63,311 nucleotides of DNA, filler included, from Licmophora abbreviata (GCA_900291995.1; 25 parts of 25 records of this genome joined end to end with filler, not necessarily neighbours in it), one strand, 5' to 3'. Positions 12,046 to 24,012 are shown, counted from the first letter of the whole stretch. A program made the numbers and translations. Notes: generated by a model not told the origin, from the sequence alone.

Positions 12046-12920
12046 ATGCGCTGTCTTCAATGTGCACTTGGCGCTTCGGCCCTGCTCGTCTCGAGATTTT
12101 TCCAGCTGGTAGAGGGAGGTGCCTTGTTCACAGATGATGATTGCATGGAGAAACAGATGCATTGGAGCACAGACAGCTCAGACTGTGAAGTAAGCGAGAT
12201 ATGGGAAATCGAAGGTGAACTCAAGAAGAAGCAGCAGAACAAGGCACCCGAGCTCTATCCCAACACGTCGCTTGGACGTCTGCGTGCCGAGTTTGGAAGA
12301 CTTGATGATGTTGAGGTTGTGTCAACTGCTGAATTTTCGTTTCGTGGCTTCGATGGCTGGTCCGAGACCGTAACTGGCAATGCCGGGGATGTCATTTTAC
12401 TCTATTCCGACGAATCGTTGCTTATCAATGGCCGCTTCGCATGGTCACCCAGCGACTTTCAGACGGGTGAGGGTACAAAACTCATCGAGGTCGGGATTCG
12501 CGCCAGAAAAAGTGGCTACAAGAAGGAGGTGTACCACAGGTTTCCACAAGGGTGGTTCACGCCCGACCATCATTCGCTCCCAGGTTTCCGTGGGTTCCAA
12601 GGGTTCACCGCTTGGGAGGACGGTGGCATCATGTACTTCGACTTCTCTTACGGGCCCGTCAATTGTACACTTGTCAGGGAGGAGCTACCAGATGGCCAAC
12701 ATGTGGTGCAATTCGACATATCCATTAACCGTGAGAAAGGGGTGAGCTGCCCAAGTGGGATCATTGGCCGCTCTCTCTGTGAGCCATTCGTGGAAAAGCC
12801 GTTGCCTCGCCGTCTACTGCCTACCTCCTCCTCCCTTTCCGCCACGGGTGACATCGCTGATGAAAAAATGCCCGACAGTATATACGGACAGGAAAAGACG
12901 GTGGAAACGACCAAATCGGC
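12046..12920 (+). CDS. Hypothetical, possibly secreted protein with weak VWD/ITIH-C-like similarity; 3' truncated by gap
   Basis: Open frame of more than 290 aa with a hydrophobic N-terminus. FRGFDG...G.AGDVILLYSDESLLINGRF and SGIIGR loosely recall VWD-like domains. Confidence 0.5.
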
Positions 12921-13059
12921 NNNNNNNNNNNNNNNNNNNNNNNNNNNNNNNNNNNNNNNNNNNNTTAATTAATTAANNNNNNNNNNNNNNNNNNNNNNNN
13001 NNNNNNNNNNNNNNNNNNNNCTTGACTCGACCGCGCACATTCACCATAACATAACTCAC

Positions 13060-13730
13060 TTTCCCACCCACAATCCTTCCAAATTGAACTGTGGCAGACA
13101 GCTTCGTGCTTTCAGCGCCAGCTCCTTGTGTTTCTGGGCATCAATCATTCGTCCTTCTTCTTCTGCTCGCAACATATCTTCCAATTGCACCCTGTAGACA
13201 ATCTCTGGATCTCTCTGTTCGGCTTGTCGAAGATTCTCTCGAATCTCATATGTAGTGCTCGAATCCATAATTCGCTCTTCAGTATCCTTATGAGCATGAC
13301 TGCCGGATAGTATTGACGACGATGATTCATGGTCGTCTTCAAAGTCACTCCTTGTCGTCGTCGACGACGACGAAGAAGAGCCGCTCATGTGTTCAATCAG
13401 TTGCTCGCTCCATTCCGTCATCATGTCTCTCAGTTCCCAGAGATCGTCACCGTAGCTGGCAAACTGTTGACGTACTTGCAAGTCTTGTTCCAAACGTCGC
13501 TTGCGCTCATCCGATTCAGGGAGGGGCTCAAGATCGAAGAATTCGGCCATGCGACGACGTCGTTCGCCCTCGGAAGACGAGTCAGGTGAAGATGACAATG
13601 AAGTACAAGTAGTAGTAGCAGCAGTACGGTGAAAGGCCATCGGTGGCCGCGATGACGACTGAAGAAAGGCGGTCACCGCTGATGCGGAGGCCAAAAACAA
13701 AGAAAAACGTAGAGAGGATACAGAGACCAT
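13060..13730 (-). CDS. Plastid-targeted DUF3506 (EXECUTER-like/cyclin D1-binding domain) protein, first exon; remainder lost in gap
   Basis: Signal peptide followed by VTA|FLQ; the exon ends ARSCLPQFNLEGLWVGK followed by donor GTGAGT at 13059, the same motif and intron position as the paralog at 14415. Confidence 0.75.
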
Positions 13731-13876
13731 GGTGTTTCGGCAAGTGATGAACAAGTAAAGTATAGATCCAGAACAGTGAAGGGGCACTGTCAAAAGAATA
13801 TTTGTTCACAATGCTGGCAACGTCGAAATTAAAACGACGCCGCGATGATGCAAGCATGGTGGAAATTCTCATGAGC

Positions 13877-14013
13877 TGACGCATGTCGTATCGACGTCAC
13901 TCTACTTATGGAACATGGGTGACGTCAGTTCGAAAAACGCGGGGAAGACACTCCTGCTAAACAGACGGACAGACTTATACCACTTTTTGTGTACAGTTCT
14001 ACCTGCCACGTCA
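13877..14013. promoter_or_regulatory. Cluster of TGACGT/TGACGC bZIP-type motifs
   Basis: TGACGC 13877-13882, ACGTCA 13894-13899, palindromic TGACGTCA 13920-13927 and ACGTCA 14008-14013, all upstream of the ATG at 13730. Confidence 0.5.
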
Positions 14014-14414
14014 ATCCAATTTGGAAGTGTGTGTGTTGACATCAGCACACTTCTCGTAGAAAGTATACCAACGCGGCCGTAGACCTCCCAAAGCGAAGAT
14101 TGAAAGACACCCAATTTCCCATGACACCCAAACTGGAAGCCATTTCATCTCTCGCCAGCGCATCTTTCTCGAAGAAAGAAACGAACAATCCATCATCAGA
14201 TCTTCTGTAGCTGTGATTCAGAATCGTCGCCCCCATTCCATCGCCTTACTACGACTCTTCACTTTCCTTGGCTCAGTGTGTTGATCCACAGCCTACAAAC
14301 TACTACTTCTTGCANNNNNNNNNNNNNNNNNNNNNNNNNNNNNNNNNNNNNNNNNNNNTTAATTAATTAANNNNNNNNNNNNNNNNNNNNNNNNNNNNNN
14401 NNNNNNNNNNNNNN

Positions 14415-15073
14415 CAAATGGAAGGACTGTGGGTGGGAAAGTAAGTTATCTATTTTGCAGCAGCAGCAGGATCTAGGTGTTTCCTTTTGCTAGTCATGAA
14501 TCTCTGACACGTGTGCATTTCACGCTTCATTTCAGATACGACGACAGCTCATATGAAATGATCAATGTCACCTACGTAGGAGATACCTTGATTGCTTACA
14601 AGGTGACGGGTCACTCGAACGTACCCAGGGGAGAAGTCTCGTTCCAGGTGGACCTGAGTCCACGTGCGGTTGCGGTGGAAGCGCTGGAGCCAATTGCCCT
14701 GGACGAATCGGCGGCGGATCAATGGGGAGCCAAGTTCTTGCAGCGTTATGCAGGAGAGGGGCAAGTTGCAGCACAGGGTTTTGTGAACAATCAATTCGTC
14801 GAGGGACAGCTCATTCTCGTGAATGAGTACTTTTCATTTGCATGGGTGCCCATTGGTCATCAAGTCTTTTTTGGGCGGCCTAGCCCGGATTTGGTGTTGC
14901 AAATGCTAAGGGATGCCGATGAGCCGCAATCGCCGGAAGAGAAAATACGGGTGCATCTTGAGCGATGTATGGAAGAAACTGAAATTCTCGAAGAAGAAGA
15001 AGAGATTGGAGATGGAAATTTCTACTCTCACGACCAACAGGACTACTACAGCCATGACGGGTTCTTTGAATGA
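14415..15073 (+). CDS. DUF3506 (EXECUTER-like) domain protein, 3' part; 5' part lost in gap
   Basis: MEGLWVGK|YDDSSYEMINVTYVGDTLIAYKVTGHSNVPRGEVSF across intron 14441-14535; YAGEGQVAAQGF...FVEGQLI and FSFAWVP. Confidence 0.8.
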
Positions 15074-15185
15074 GAATTTTAGAGAGAACAAGAGAGTACG
15101 CGTCGAGGATACGGAACTATCTCAAAGCGAAAAAAAAGAAGTCCCTGTAAACTAGCATTTAAATTTCCTCGCTTGATCTGATGTC

Positions 15186-17327
15186 TCACTTTGATTTTCT
15201 CTCTAGTCGCTGTGAGTGCTTATCCAGTTTCTTTGCAAGCTTCTTCTTCAGCCGCTTTGACACTTCGGATCCATCCGCGTTGTGCAAAGGCATGCCTCTG
15301 TCATCAAAGTCGGAGAACAGGCCCGCATACTGGCCTACACGAAAGAAGTCTTCAATTGCAATATCCTCCAACGCGACCTGCTGTTTGGAACGTACCATGC
15401 TGGAATCATCATTAGCTGTCGTGTCACTGGAGCGTGGGATACAGAATCTCCAAGTCGGTGCTTTGCCCTCGTCGCCACCTCCCTTGCCGTCGCTCAGCTC
15501 CACGCCAATCGACGGAAGGACACGTTCGCGAAGATTGTCACAGAGCTGAAGGATATCGGTGATATTCGCGGGCGCGACGCCGGCGAGAGCTGCGCTCCGT
15601 ACTTTACTGCGAAAGCGCACTAATTCCTCCGCAAGTCTCGCTTCGCCACCGACGATGTGACTTGTCTCGGACACATGCCCATGAGAGCTTAGTCCTGCTC
15701 GAACGGTGACGTCCGAGAAGCCAACAAGGGCAAGAATCTCTCGTAGTGCTTGCAATGCCATGTGAATTGGTTCAGAAGGTGATGCTTCAGGGGATGCCTC
15801 GCGCATGTAGGTACATCCGACATCGGCAATTCGCACCATTGCCTTCACGCAAGCGGTTCCGTCCATATCATAGCCCGACGACACTCCGTGTTGGACGCCC
15901 ATCAAGGCGGCGTGGCATTGTGCCCGTGCCTCTGACATCTCTCGAAAGAACTTGTCGTCTCTGTCCCTCCATCGCTTAGCAGCTGCATCTCCAGATTTCC
16001 GCAGATGTTCCGCGCCCTCCGCTAGAAACTGAACCAGTCGTTCCCGAAGGATTCTCGCTTCGTCTATTCGTTCCCTCGAGTAGGTAGCAGGCCCTCGGTA
16101 GGACCCCGACAGCCCGAGACACCAAAGCCGAAAATCATCTGCGGGAGACGACAGAGACGTCCCCGTGTCCCCGTCATCTAACATATCTTGAATTGTAATG
16201 AAATTCTTCAGGGATTTCGACATTTTCATTCCATGAATATGCAAATGCCCCGTGTGTACCCAATGAGGAATCCACTCTGTGTCGGCTTTAGTTGTATCTC
16301 CCAGATAAGCCTCGGCTTGGGCAATTTCGTTGGCGTGATGAGGAAACTTCAAGTCAATACCACCCGCGTGCACAAGAAACTGATGCGTATCCTGGAACTG
16401 AACTTTCACAGCCTCAATCATTGCCGAGCACTCAATGTGCCACCCTGGCCGCCCATCTCCCCAGGGCGATGACCAAAACAACGCCTCGTCAGGTTTCCGG
16501 AGCTTCCATAAAACAAAATCCCGTGGATCTCTTTTCGCTGTTGTGCCTTTATCACTCGTTGGTAAATTGGAAAAGAAGTCTGACGCCGCAGACGGCGGTG
16601 CAAGCTTGCCATACTTCGTGACAGCACCCATCTTGTCTTCGTATGAGCGGACATCAAAGTAGACTCCATCGTCGTCAATCACGTACGCCATGCCGTTCTT
16701 GAAAACACGTTCAATATAAGGTACAATAGTGGTGTCAACATGTTCCGTCACGCGTGTTACCACATGCGGTCTCAGACACCCCAACCGATCCCAATCTTTC
16801 CAAAACTCGGCTTCAAACCTTCGCGCGAGCTGCAGCGGTGGTTCATTCGATTCTCGTGCCGCAACCAGTATCTTGTCGTCAATATCTGTGATATTCATTA
16901 CAAAAAGGGGTGGTGTGGGTGTGGTGTGTTCCAAGACTCGTCGGACGATATCGAGGCACACGTAAGTGCGGGCGTGGCCGAGATGAGCCGGTGCGTATGT
17001 GGTAGGTCCACAGGTGTACCACCCCAGGGCTTTGTTGCCACTTTTGCGGGTGCTGTCTGAGCCTGGGACTTGTTTGAAAGATTCGCTCAGAGAATCAAAG
17101 AGCACCAATGGTAATGAATTCGGGGATTGGTTAGTATTTGAGGAAATGTCTCGGCATGTGTACGACGCCACCGGGCTTGACGACGAAGCCGGCCGCTTTC
17201 CTCGCAGAGGATAGTAGCGTATGTGATCAGCATGGCCGATAGCAGTGCGTCTGTACAGAAATCGACCATTTGACGGACCAGACAGCCTCCAAGAGCCACT
17301 GGCAGTATAGAAACGTATCGATCTCAT
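15186..17327 (-). CDS. CARS: Cysteine--tRNA ligase, likely organellar (Arg-rich N-terminal presequence)
   Basis: WYTCGPTTY, HLGHAR (HIGH), NITDIDDKI, DFVLWK, GRPGWHIECSAM, GGIDLKFPHHANE and KMSKSLKN motifs. Confidence 0.95.
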   Translation of the reverse strand: MRSIRFYTASGSWRLSGPSNGRFLYRRTAIGHADHIRYYPLRGKRPASSSSPVASYTCRDISSNTNQSPNSLPLVLFDSLSESFKQVPGSDSTRKSGNKALGWYTCGPTTYAPAHLGHARTYVCLDIVRRVLEHTTPTPPLFVMNITDIDDKILVAARESNEPPLQLARRFEAEFWKDWDRLGCLRPHVVTRVTEHVDTTIVPYIERVFKNGMAYVIDDDGVYFDVRSYEDKMGAVTKYGKLAPPSAASDFFSNLPTSDKGTTAKRDPRDFVLWKLRKPDEALFWSSPWGDGRPGWHIECSAMIEAVKVQFQDTHQFLVHAGGIDLKFPHHANEIAQAEAYLGDTTKADTEWIPHWVHTGHLHIHGMKMSKSLKNFITIQDMLDDGDTGTSLSSPADDFRLWCLGLSGSYRGPATYSRERIDEARILRERLVQFLAEGAEHLRKSGDAAAKRWRDRDDKFFREMSEARAQCHAALMGVQHGVSSGYDMDGTACVKAMVRIADVGCTYMREASPEASPSEPIHMALQALREILALVGFSDVTVRAGLSSHGHVSETSHIVGGEARLAEELVRFRSKVRSAALAGVAPANITDILQLCDNLRERVLPSIGVELSDGKGGGDEGKAPTWRFCIPRSSDTTANDDSSMVRSKQQVALEDIAIEDFFRVGQYAGLFSDFDDRGMPLHNADGSEVSKRLKKKLAKKLDKHSQRLERKSK

Positions 17328-17626
17328 GTAGAACGTGCCATCGATGGTGCCAACAGTCGATGCTACCTCATCATCATCGTCATGGTCGATGAATGTTTCG
17401 TGAGAGGAATTTCGAACATTACAAAAGTTCGATGACGGTGGGACAGCAAGACGTTTTGCCTGTCGGACCGCTAAACACTAAAAACTCAAATCCAATTTCG
17501 CTAATGTTGACCACACCATGACGAGAGGACAGATCTTGCCACACTGACAACGTTTCGCTACTTTTCTCGTTTTTTCCAAGTCAATCAGATCTAGAATTCG
17601 ATTAAGCTGTATTGAAGAGTAAAAGC

Positions 17627-19550
17627 ATGGACTTGCTTGGAGGATATAGCTCCGAATCCTCGTCCGAGGCGGCTGCTCCTGCAAAGACTTCTGGCAAGTC
17701 GTCGCTGCAGCCGGTTGCCCGTCGTACAGATCGTCGTTATCTCAATGCTGCGCCGACACCATCTCTGTTGGCCGGTCGGTCTAGTACGGCGCTTGTGACT
17801 TCATCCACCGCTGCCCCCAAAGCGCAGAAAAGTGGAGCTCTCGTGCTCATGAACAATACCCACCAAGGCGACATTCTACCAGCCTGTGCAGGGACCGCAA
17901 GCTATGGATCCGCTGGCGTCCAAAAAGAACAACGAAACAAGCTGGTCAGGCTGAAAGCGAATGTAACTTTCGACGATACTACTTTCAATCAAGAACGAAC
18001 GGCCTTCCAGCGGACAGGACGTGCCGCTGCTCCCGACGTGCAGGGAACGGCCATTGCCCGCACCACATTGGGATACGCTCCCAAGAGACTGGAACGGTTT
18101 GAAGAACAGCATCAGCAGCAGCAAGAACGGAAACGAGCACGTTTGGAAAATGAAAGGCAGAATGATCCGCTTGTGCATGGCTCGGACGACGAGGTCGCTT
18201 ATGGAATTTGGGGGCCTCCCTCGCGGGACGAGCAGTGGCACGAGCAGAATGCCCTCTCCGATGTTGCCAAGGGTGTGGAGCTCGCCCCGGAACAACAGGC
18301 GGAGCGTGATTACATTAAGGAGCGAGATCGTCAGAGAGGATTGGAAGAAGCACAGGAGGAAANNNNNNNNNNNNNNNNNNNNNNNNNNNNNNNNNNNNNN
18401 NNNNNNTTAATTAATTAANNNNNNNNNNNNNNNNNNNNNNNNNNNNNNNNNNNNNNNNNNNNAAGTGGATTCAAAGGACGATCCTGGATGGCTCCACCAG
18501 TGGGTCTTGGTTCAGCCGCTAGAGGGGTCGAAATGGATCATCATCGATGCTATGTGCCTAAGAAGTGTGTACATCGATTCACGGGGCACAACAAGGGCGT
18601 TCATCGGATTCGTCTGTTTCCACATTCGGGGCATTTGCTGCTCAGTGGTGGTTTGGACGGAAAGTGTAAAGTATGGGACATTGAAAAGAAATCAGTCATG
18701 CGCACGTACGTGGGTCACTCGGCAGCCGTACGGGATGTGCAGTTCAATCTCGATGGTTCGAAATTCGTATCGGCGTCCTTTGACCGCTTCCTTCGGCTGT
18801 GGGACACGGAGTCTGGTGCCGCTCTGCAAACATTCAGCAACCGAAAGGTCCCCTATGTTGTAAAGTTTTATCCACACGACGATAATCTCTTTGTCGTTGG
18901 GTGCAGCGACAACAAGATTGTCACGTACGACGCGACGACGGCCGAAATCACCCAAGAGTACAATCACCATTTGGCTCCCGTTAACGCCATTCTTTTCGTG
19001 GAAGACCACGGAACGAAAATGATAACCACGAGTGACGATAAGAAGGTGCTCGTGTGGGAGTGGGATATTGGAGTGCCCATCAAGTACATTTCTGATCCAA
19101 CCATGCACTCCATGCCGTGCATCACGTTGCACCCGTCCCAACAGTACTTTTGTGGACAGTCGCTGGACAATACCATAGCTGTCTTTCAAGCGCAGGGTCG
19201 ATTCGCCATGCAACGCAAGAAAAAGTTTTCAGGTCACCAAGTAGCGGGTTATGCATGCGATATGGTAATTAGCCCGGATGGACAGTTTCTTTTGAGTGGA
19301 GATGGGAACGGCAAACTCTTCTTCTGGGAATGGAAGAAGAGCAAGTAAGTAGAATTACCGTGCATGCTGCGTGTTGCTGTGAAGGGCAATGCATCTAACA
19401 AGATCCTACCGCCGTATCCTAATGTACAGGATTCTCCAGAAGTATCGAGCCCATGACAAGGGCCCCGCGATCGGCTGTGCCTGGCACCCATTGGAACCGT
19501 CAACGGTTTTCACTTGTGGGTGGGATGGTGTCATCAAGATGTGGCAATAG
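17627..19550 (+). CDS. CDC40: Pre-mRNA-processing factor 17 (WD40); spans a gap; last intron 19346-19429
   Basis: CYVPKKCVHRFTGHNKGV, RTYVGHSAAVRD, SASFDRFLRLWDTE, QEYNHHL, VWEWDIGVPIKYI, CAWHPLEPS.VFTCGWDGVIKMW*. Confidence 0.92.
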
Positions 19551-19631
19551 ACAACTAGTTTTTAAGTTTGCACTCCAATTGATGGCTCGACTCTCACCTG
19601 ACAAGATTCATTACGTCATCGGCAGTCGAAG

Positions 19632-20603
19632 CTACCGTCTTTTGTAGATACATGGCCTGGCTGTGAAAGTTAGTTTCGTATTTGGTTTCTTGTCGTTCTT
19701 CTTGAGTTCCAAAGTGACAAACATCTTGTTGGACCTATCAGTTTTCACACTTCGGAAACCGAGTTTCTCTAGAACGGACTCGAAATCTTTTACCTCGTCC
19801 TTCTTTTCTGTTGACTCAAATCTTGATCGTACCTCCGCGATCTTCAGAATACCCCTATCCTTTAGCACACGGTGAGCCTCACGTACAAAGTCAGCTAGGT
19901 TCGTCCCCATGAGCGACAAGCAAAACACAGCAACATCTACCGTCCGGTCTTCAATAGGTACGTTTGCCATATCGCAAGCAGTTACCAAGTCGGAAGCAGC
20001 CACAAGATCAAACGAGTGCACCACAAACGGACACTTATTCTTGTGTTTGGTTTTCATGAGACGCTGCGCCAATGCAGCATCGCCACATCCAAAATCGGCG
20101 ACAACGCAAGAGTCTTGCTTGCGAAAGTTGTTTGCGATCCATTTACCAATCACGTTCACCGGATTCACTGGCCACTGCTCAACCTGATGACGAAAACCGT
20201 CGTGGTACTGTTCATATAGCTCTGGCTGCGACGAGAATCGCGTGAACGCCGCTTTAGATGTCGTTGTGTATAGATCTTCGTTGAGTTCCCGGAAGCGCGA
20301 CCCCGTCAGTCGAGCCTTGAAGGATTTCTGCAGTGACGATGGCTCGGATGGTACACTATCAGCGCCTCGTGGCGTATCGCCCGGCTTTGAATGTGTCGTT
20401 TTTCGATGCTTCTCGGTCGGGGACTTTGAAGTATAGGGCGAATCCTGAACATTTTGCTTTGCCTTGAGGCGACGCATCCGCTTCTTTTTGCTCTTGCTCC
20501 AAGCTTCGTCCGCCGGCCATGCCTTTCTCTCATACTTCGGCTTCTCGGACTTTGACTCAGCTTCCCTCTTCTTGGTGCCTCTGGGATCCTTTCCTTTCGT
20601 CAT
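19632..20603 (-). CDS. RRP8: Ribosomal RNA-processing protein 8 (rRNA m1A methyltransferase)
   Basis: LTGSRFRELNEDLYT, YHDGFRHQVEQWPVNPV, VADFGCGDA, VFCLSLMGTN, AEVRSRF and the C-terminal PCIYKRR. Confidence 0.93.
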   Translation of the reverse strand: MTKGKDPRGTKKREAESKSEKPKYERKAWPADEAWSKSKKKRMRRLKAKQNVQDSPYTSKSPTEKHRKTTHSKPGDTPRGADSVPSEPSSLQKSFKARLTGSRFRELNEDLYTTTSKAAFTRFSSQPELYEQYHDGFRHQVEQWPVNPVNVIGKWIANNFRKQDSCVVADFGCGDAALAQRLMKTKHKNKCPFVVHSFDLVAASDLVTACDMANVPIEDRTVDVAVFCLSLMGTNLADFVREAHRVLKDRGILKIAEVRSRFESTEKKDEVKDFESVLEKLGFRSVKTDRSNKMFVTLELKKNDKKPNTKLTFTARPCIYKRR

Positions 20604-20936
20604 CGTCTTACAAATGGCGNNNNNNNNNNNNNNNNNNNNNNNNNNNNNNNNNNNNNNNNNNNNTTAATTAATTAANNNNNNNNNNNNNNNNNNNNNNNNN
20701 NNNNNNNNNNNNNNNNNNNATGACACAATCACAAAAAGTTTGGCGCCAAAGCTCGCACTTTTTCTGATTTTTGGATGGCGGCGCGCAATTTCAATGCCTG
20801 GCCGTCGCCCCAAAACTGTACTCGCTAATACGGCGCACTGAGATATGACGAGTTTTCAAGCGAGTCTCTCGAGGTACTGTGATTAACGCCAGTCTATGAT
20901 ACCTGGTAAGCCTATCTAGTAGCTTATACTCTTGAT

Positions 20937-22003
20937 CTAGTCTTTCTGTGTCTCCCCAGCAGTGTACTGGGATATTCGAGGGACCAGCAGTGATCCAAGA
21001 ATGAGCTGAAGCGGATGGATAAACATGATCGGCGCACAAAAGGAGGCCAGATTTGGATTCCCCTCAAAGATGGTATTTACAAGCGGCAAGCCAAACGCCA
21101 ACGTCTTTTGAGAGGCACAAAACATAGCAGCCACTACGTCCCCGCGCCTCAAGTTCCACAGAGGTTGCTGAAACAGCTTAAACAAGATGCCCAGAGAAGA
21201 AAGATGAAGCAAAGGCAGCAGTAGCAACAAGAACACGCCGTGATAGACCTCAAGACCCATTCCCTTTGCGAAGGCGTCACAGAATGCATTCCAAACGATA
21301 CCGAGCAAAATCGTCTATGGAGAGGAGAAAAAAGAGAAGGTGAGTATCAAAGATATTGTAAACGAGCACTTTCACAACGACGACAGGGTACCGGTAGCTT
21401 ACCTCCTGCAGTCGCTTGAACAGCTTCGAGTTGTTCGCATACACTTGTTTCAGTCTAGTAGACCGAAGGACCTGGCCAAGGGCTTGGACATATCACGACG
21501 AGAAAGAGTGTAAGTATCAGCTACTACACGAACACAAGGCATACCAGAACCCAGTACCTACCAACTGGAACGAGAACCTTGTTGCACAGCTTGACGACCA
21601 TGTCGACCAAGGGCAACTGAATGTTGGTGCCAAAGAACCTTAGCAACAGGGCAGGAGTGATGAAGATCCCAGCCAAGTTACTGATGACGGCATTGCACAG
21701 AGATGAGGCCACATTGCCCCCAGATGCCGACGTAAGAAAGATACACATGTTCACAGTAGTCGGTAGACACATCATGATGAGCAAACCGTCCAAAAGCGGG
21801 GCAGGAAGCAGGCCCGGGAAAAACGTTCCAAGGAATCTAGTCAGAGGGAGACCGACCAGAAAAGGCCAAACTCCAAACGTAACTGATTGTACAGCCAAGT
21901 TCAATTTGATGTTCGATACGGCCTCTTTCAGTTCCGACAACTCCAGTGACAGGCCGGAGAGGAGGAATATGCAGGTCACGCCGAACTTGCCTATAAAGAG
22001 CTC
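20937..22003 (-). CDS. Sodium/bile acid (BASS/SLC10A7-like) symporter, multi-exon, 5' truncated
   Basis: [47 protein letters not shown] and HPLQL motifs; multiple TM segments; introns near 21317-21402 and 21472-21578. Confidence 0.85.
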
Positions 22004-22175
22004 NNNNNNNNNNNNNNNNNNNNNNNNNNNNNNNNNNNNNNNNNNNNTTAATTAATTAANNNNNNNNNNNNNNNNNNNNNNNNNNNNNNNNNNNNNNNNN
22101 NNNCTATTCCAGCAACCGGTAGATAACGTGCCTGCGTTCTTTATAGCGATTTCGAGTTAGTGTCCATCATAGCTG

Positions 22176-24012
22176 TCACCGTCTCCACATAAAGAAGACG
22201 AATACCAACACAAAAGAGACACGTTCCCAGTCTCCCTCTAACCAAGCGACCCAGGATATCCAAATTTCCCAGAGTGGGTCAAGGAAGCTTTCCCACCGCC
22301 ACGGTCGCCTCGTTCGCAAAATAAATTCGCGATAACGATACACCATGGTTCCAACAACGATTGCGGCGTCCCGTGAGGCATCGGGATGGAATAGAAGGTC
22401 GTAGACAAACAGCGTCGATTGCCTGGCAATGCGATCCGCATGTTCAGGGTGTTCATTGGCCCAAGCGACTCGGTCTTCCAGATTTGTCATGTCGCGGTGT
22501 ACGGGAATGTAATGAACGTACGGTTCCAGCTTGTCTTGCATTGCCCACGAAGAATACGTTGGTTTGGGCATGAAGACGACGGAGTTACTAAAGAGCATCC
22601 ATAGCAGTCCGGTTGGAACGTCGTGTCCTTCCACGGCGAGCAGATATGCGTGCTGAAGCATCCACGAGAGAGGTCGAAATTCGTCCACCATGGCATCCGT
22701 TATAGCAGAATCCGAGAAGGACGAACGTCGCGTAAACTTGACATCGACCAGACTGGAGTCAAGATGATTTCTGACGGCTTGTAACCTGTGTCAACCGCAT
22801 GGACGAACCAGATGAGCTTTCATTCCCGAGCAGTACAACCAGATGCTCTTGCGAAATCGCCGCAACTCACCTTTGCGTATACCCAGACGGTGGATCCATC
22901 TGGTTTGACGTGTGCCACTGCGAGGATGAGTTCCCTCCGCGCCAAACAAGTTTCTTTTCCTTTTCGTTCCATGGTCGATCGTGACGCGGCACAGCGGCCA
23001 CGGCACTCCTCGTCTGTGCGCTTACACTTGGCACCAAAATAGTTGAATGCAAGGGTCCACAGACAGGGCAATGCGGTTGAGGCGGATATCGCTGATTGCG
23101 ATGATACTCTGGATCTTGATCCGCTACGATATCTCTTACTTGGCCCCAGACAGGTGTCGTCGTATGCCAGGTCGTCGTTGCTCTCGGCACTCCCCTCCCA
23201 AAGTACCAAAGCCAAATATCATCACCATCGGCAGTCAGAGACGTCGAAAAAGATTGCCATATCATTTGAAGTAATCCCAATACACCTTCATACCGCCATA
23301 TCGTCGCACCTCGCTTCCAAGACAAAGCGGGTTGCTGAAACTCGTTTTGAGTCATGGCTGTCGTCAGGGTTGCAATTGCTTGTTGCTTACTAGTAAGCAC
23401 ACCGGCCAAATTCCCACATTTTGTGGGAAAGAATTCAACACAACGTCGTAGTTTCGCGATATTCATGTCTAGCGGGTTCACTACAGGCTCATAATAGAGA
23501 TTGTGTGTTTCACTCGCTGATCTGTTGGACAGGTGCTGGTTGTTCGCAAACGGTCCGACCAGGGGATACCCCTGCCGCTGCGGCTCGTACCAGCGTCCCA
23601 TGTAATACTGAACTCGTTCGGAATGCGATGGAAACCGCTGTGATCGACTGCTGTACGTTGGATGTGTCGGCGGGGAATAGGATTCCGGCAAAGGTGTGGA
23701 ACAGAGAGGATCGAGAAAAATGGGCGACGTCGCCATTCTCGTCATTATGAATACGATGGCATTGACTACTACCAAGAGGAAAGCCATCCGTCGGGTACCC
23801 AGTGTATGCATGTAGAGGTTTTGTCTCAAAGAAAACGTTCGCCAGCTGCTGTTCCGGAAGGCCCAACAACCCGTCGATTTTTTTGTGTCATGGTCCTTGC
23901 TGATGGTTACAATGTCATGATGGGCAGGATTATGAGTCATCACTATGTCGTCGTCGACTGATCGATCGTCCCCTCGCCGTCGCATGGACCCTCTTCGAAT
24001 CTCTAGTGGCAT
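22176..24012 (-). CDS. Glycosyltransferase family 90 (CAP10/POGLUT-like); 2 exons
   Basis: Type II TM anchor; DRPWNEKEKKLVWRG; intron 22786-22870 joins it to YLLAVEGHDVPTGLLWML.SNSVV.MP and LEPYVHYIPV..D..NL. Confidence 0.85.
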
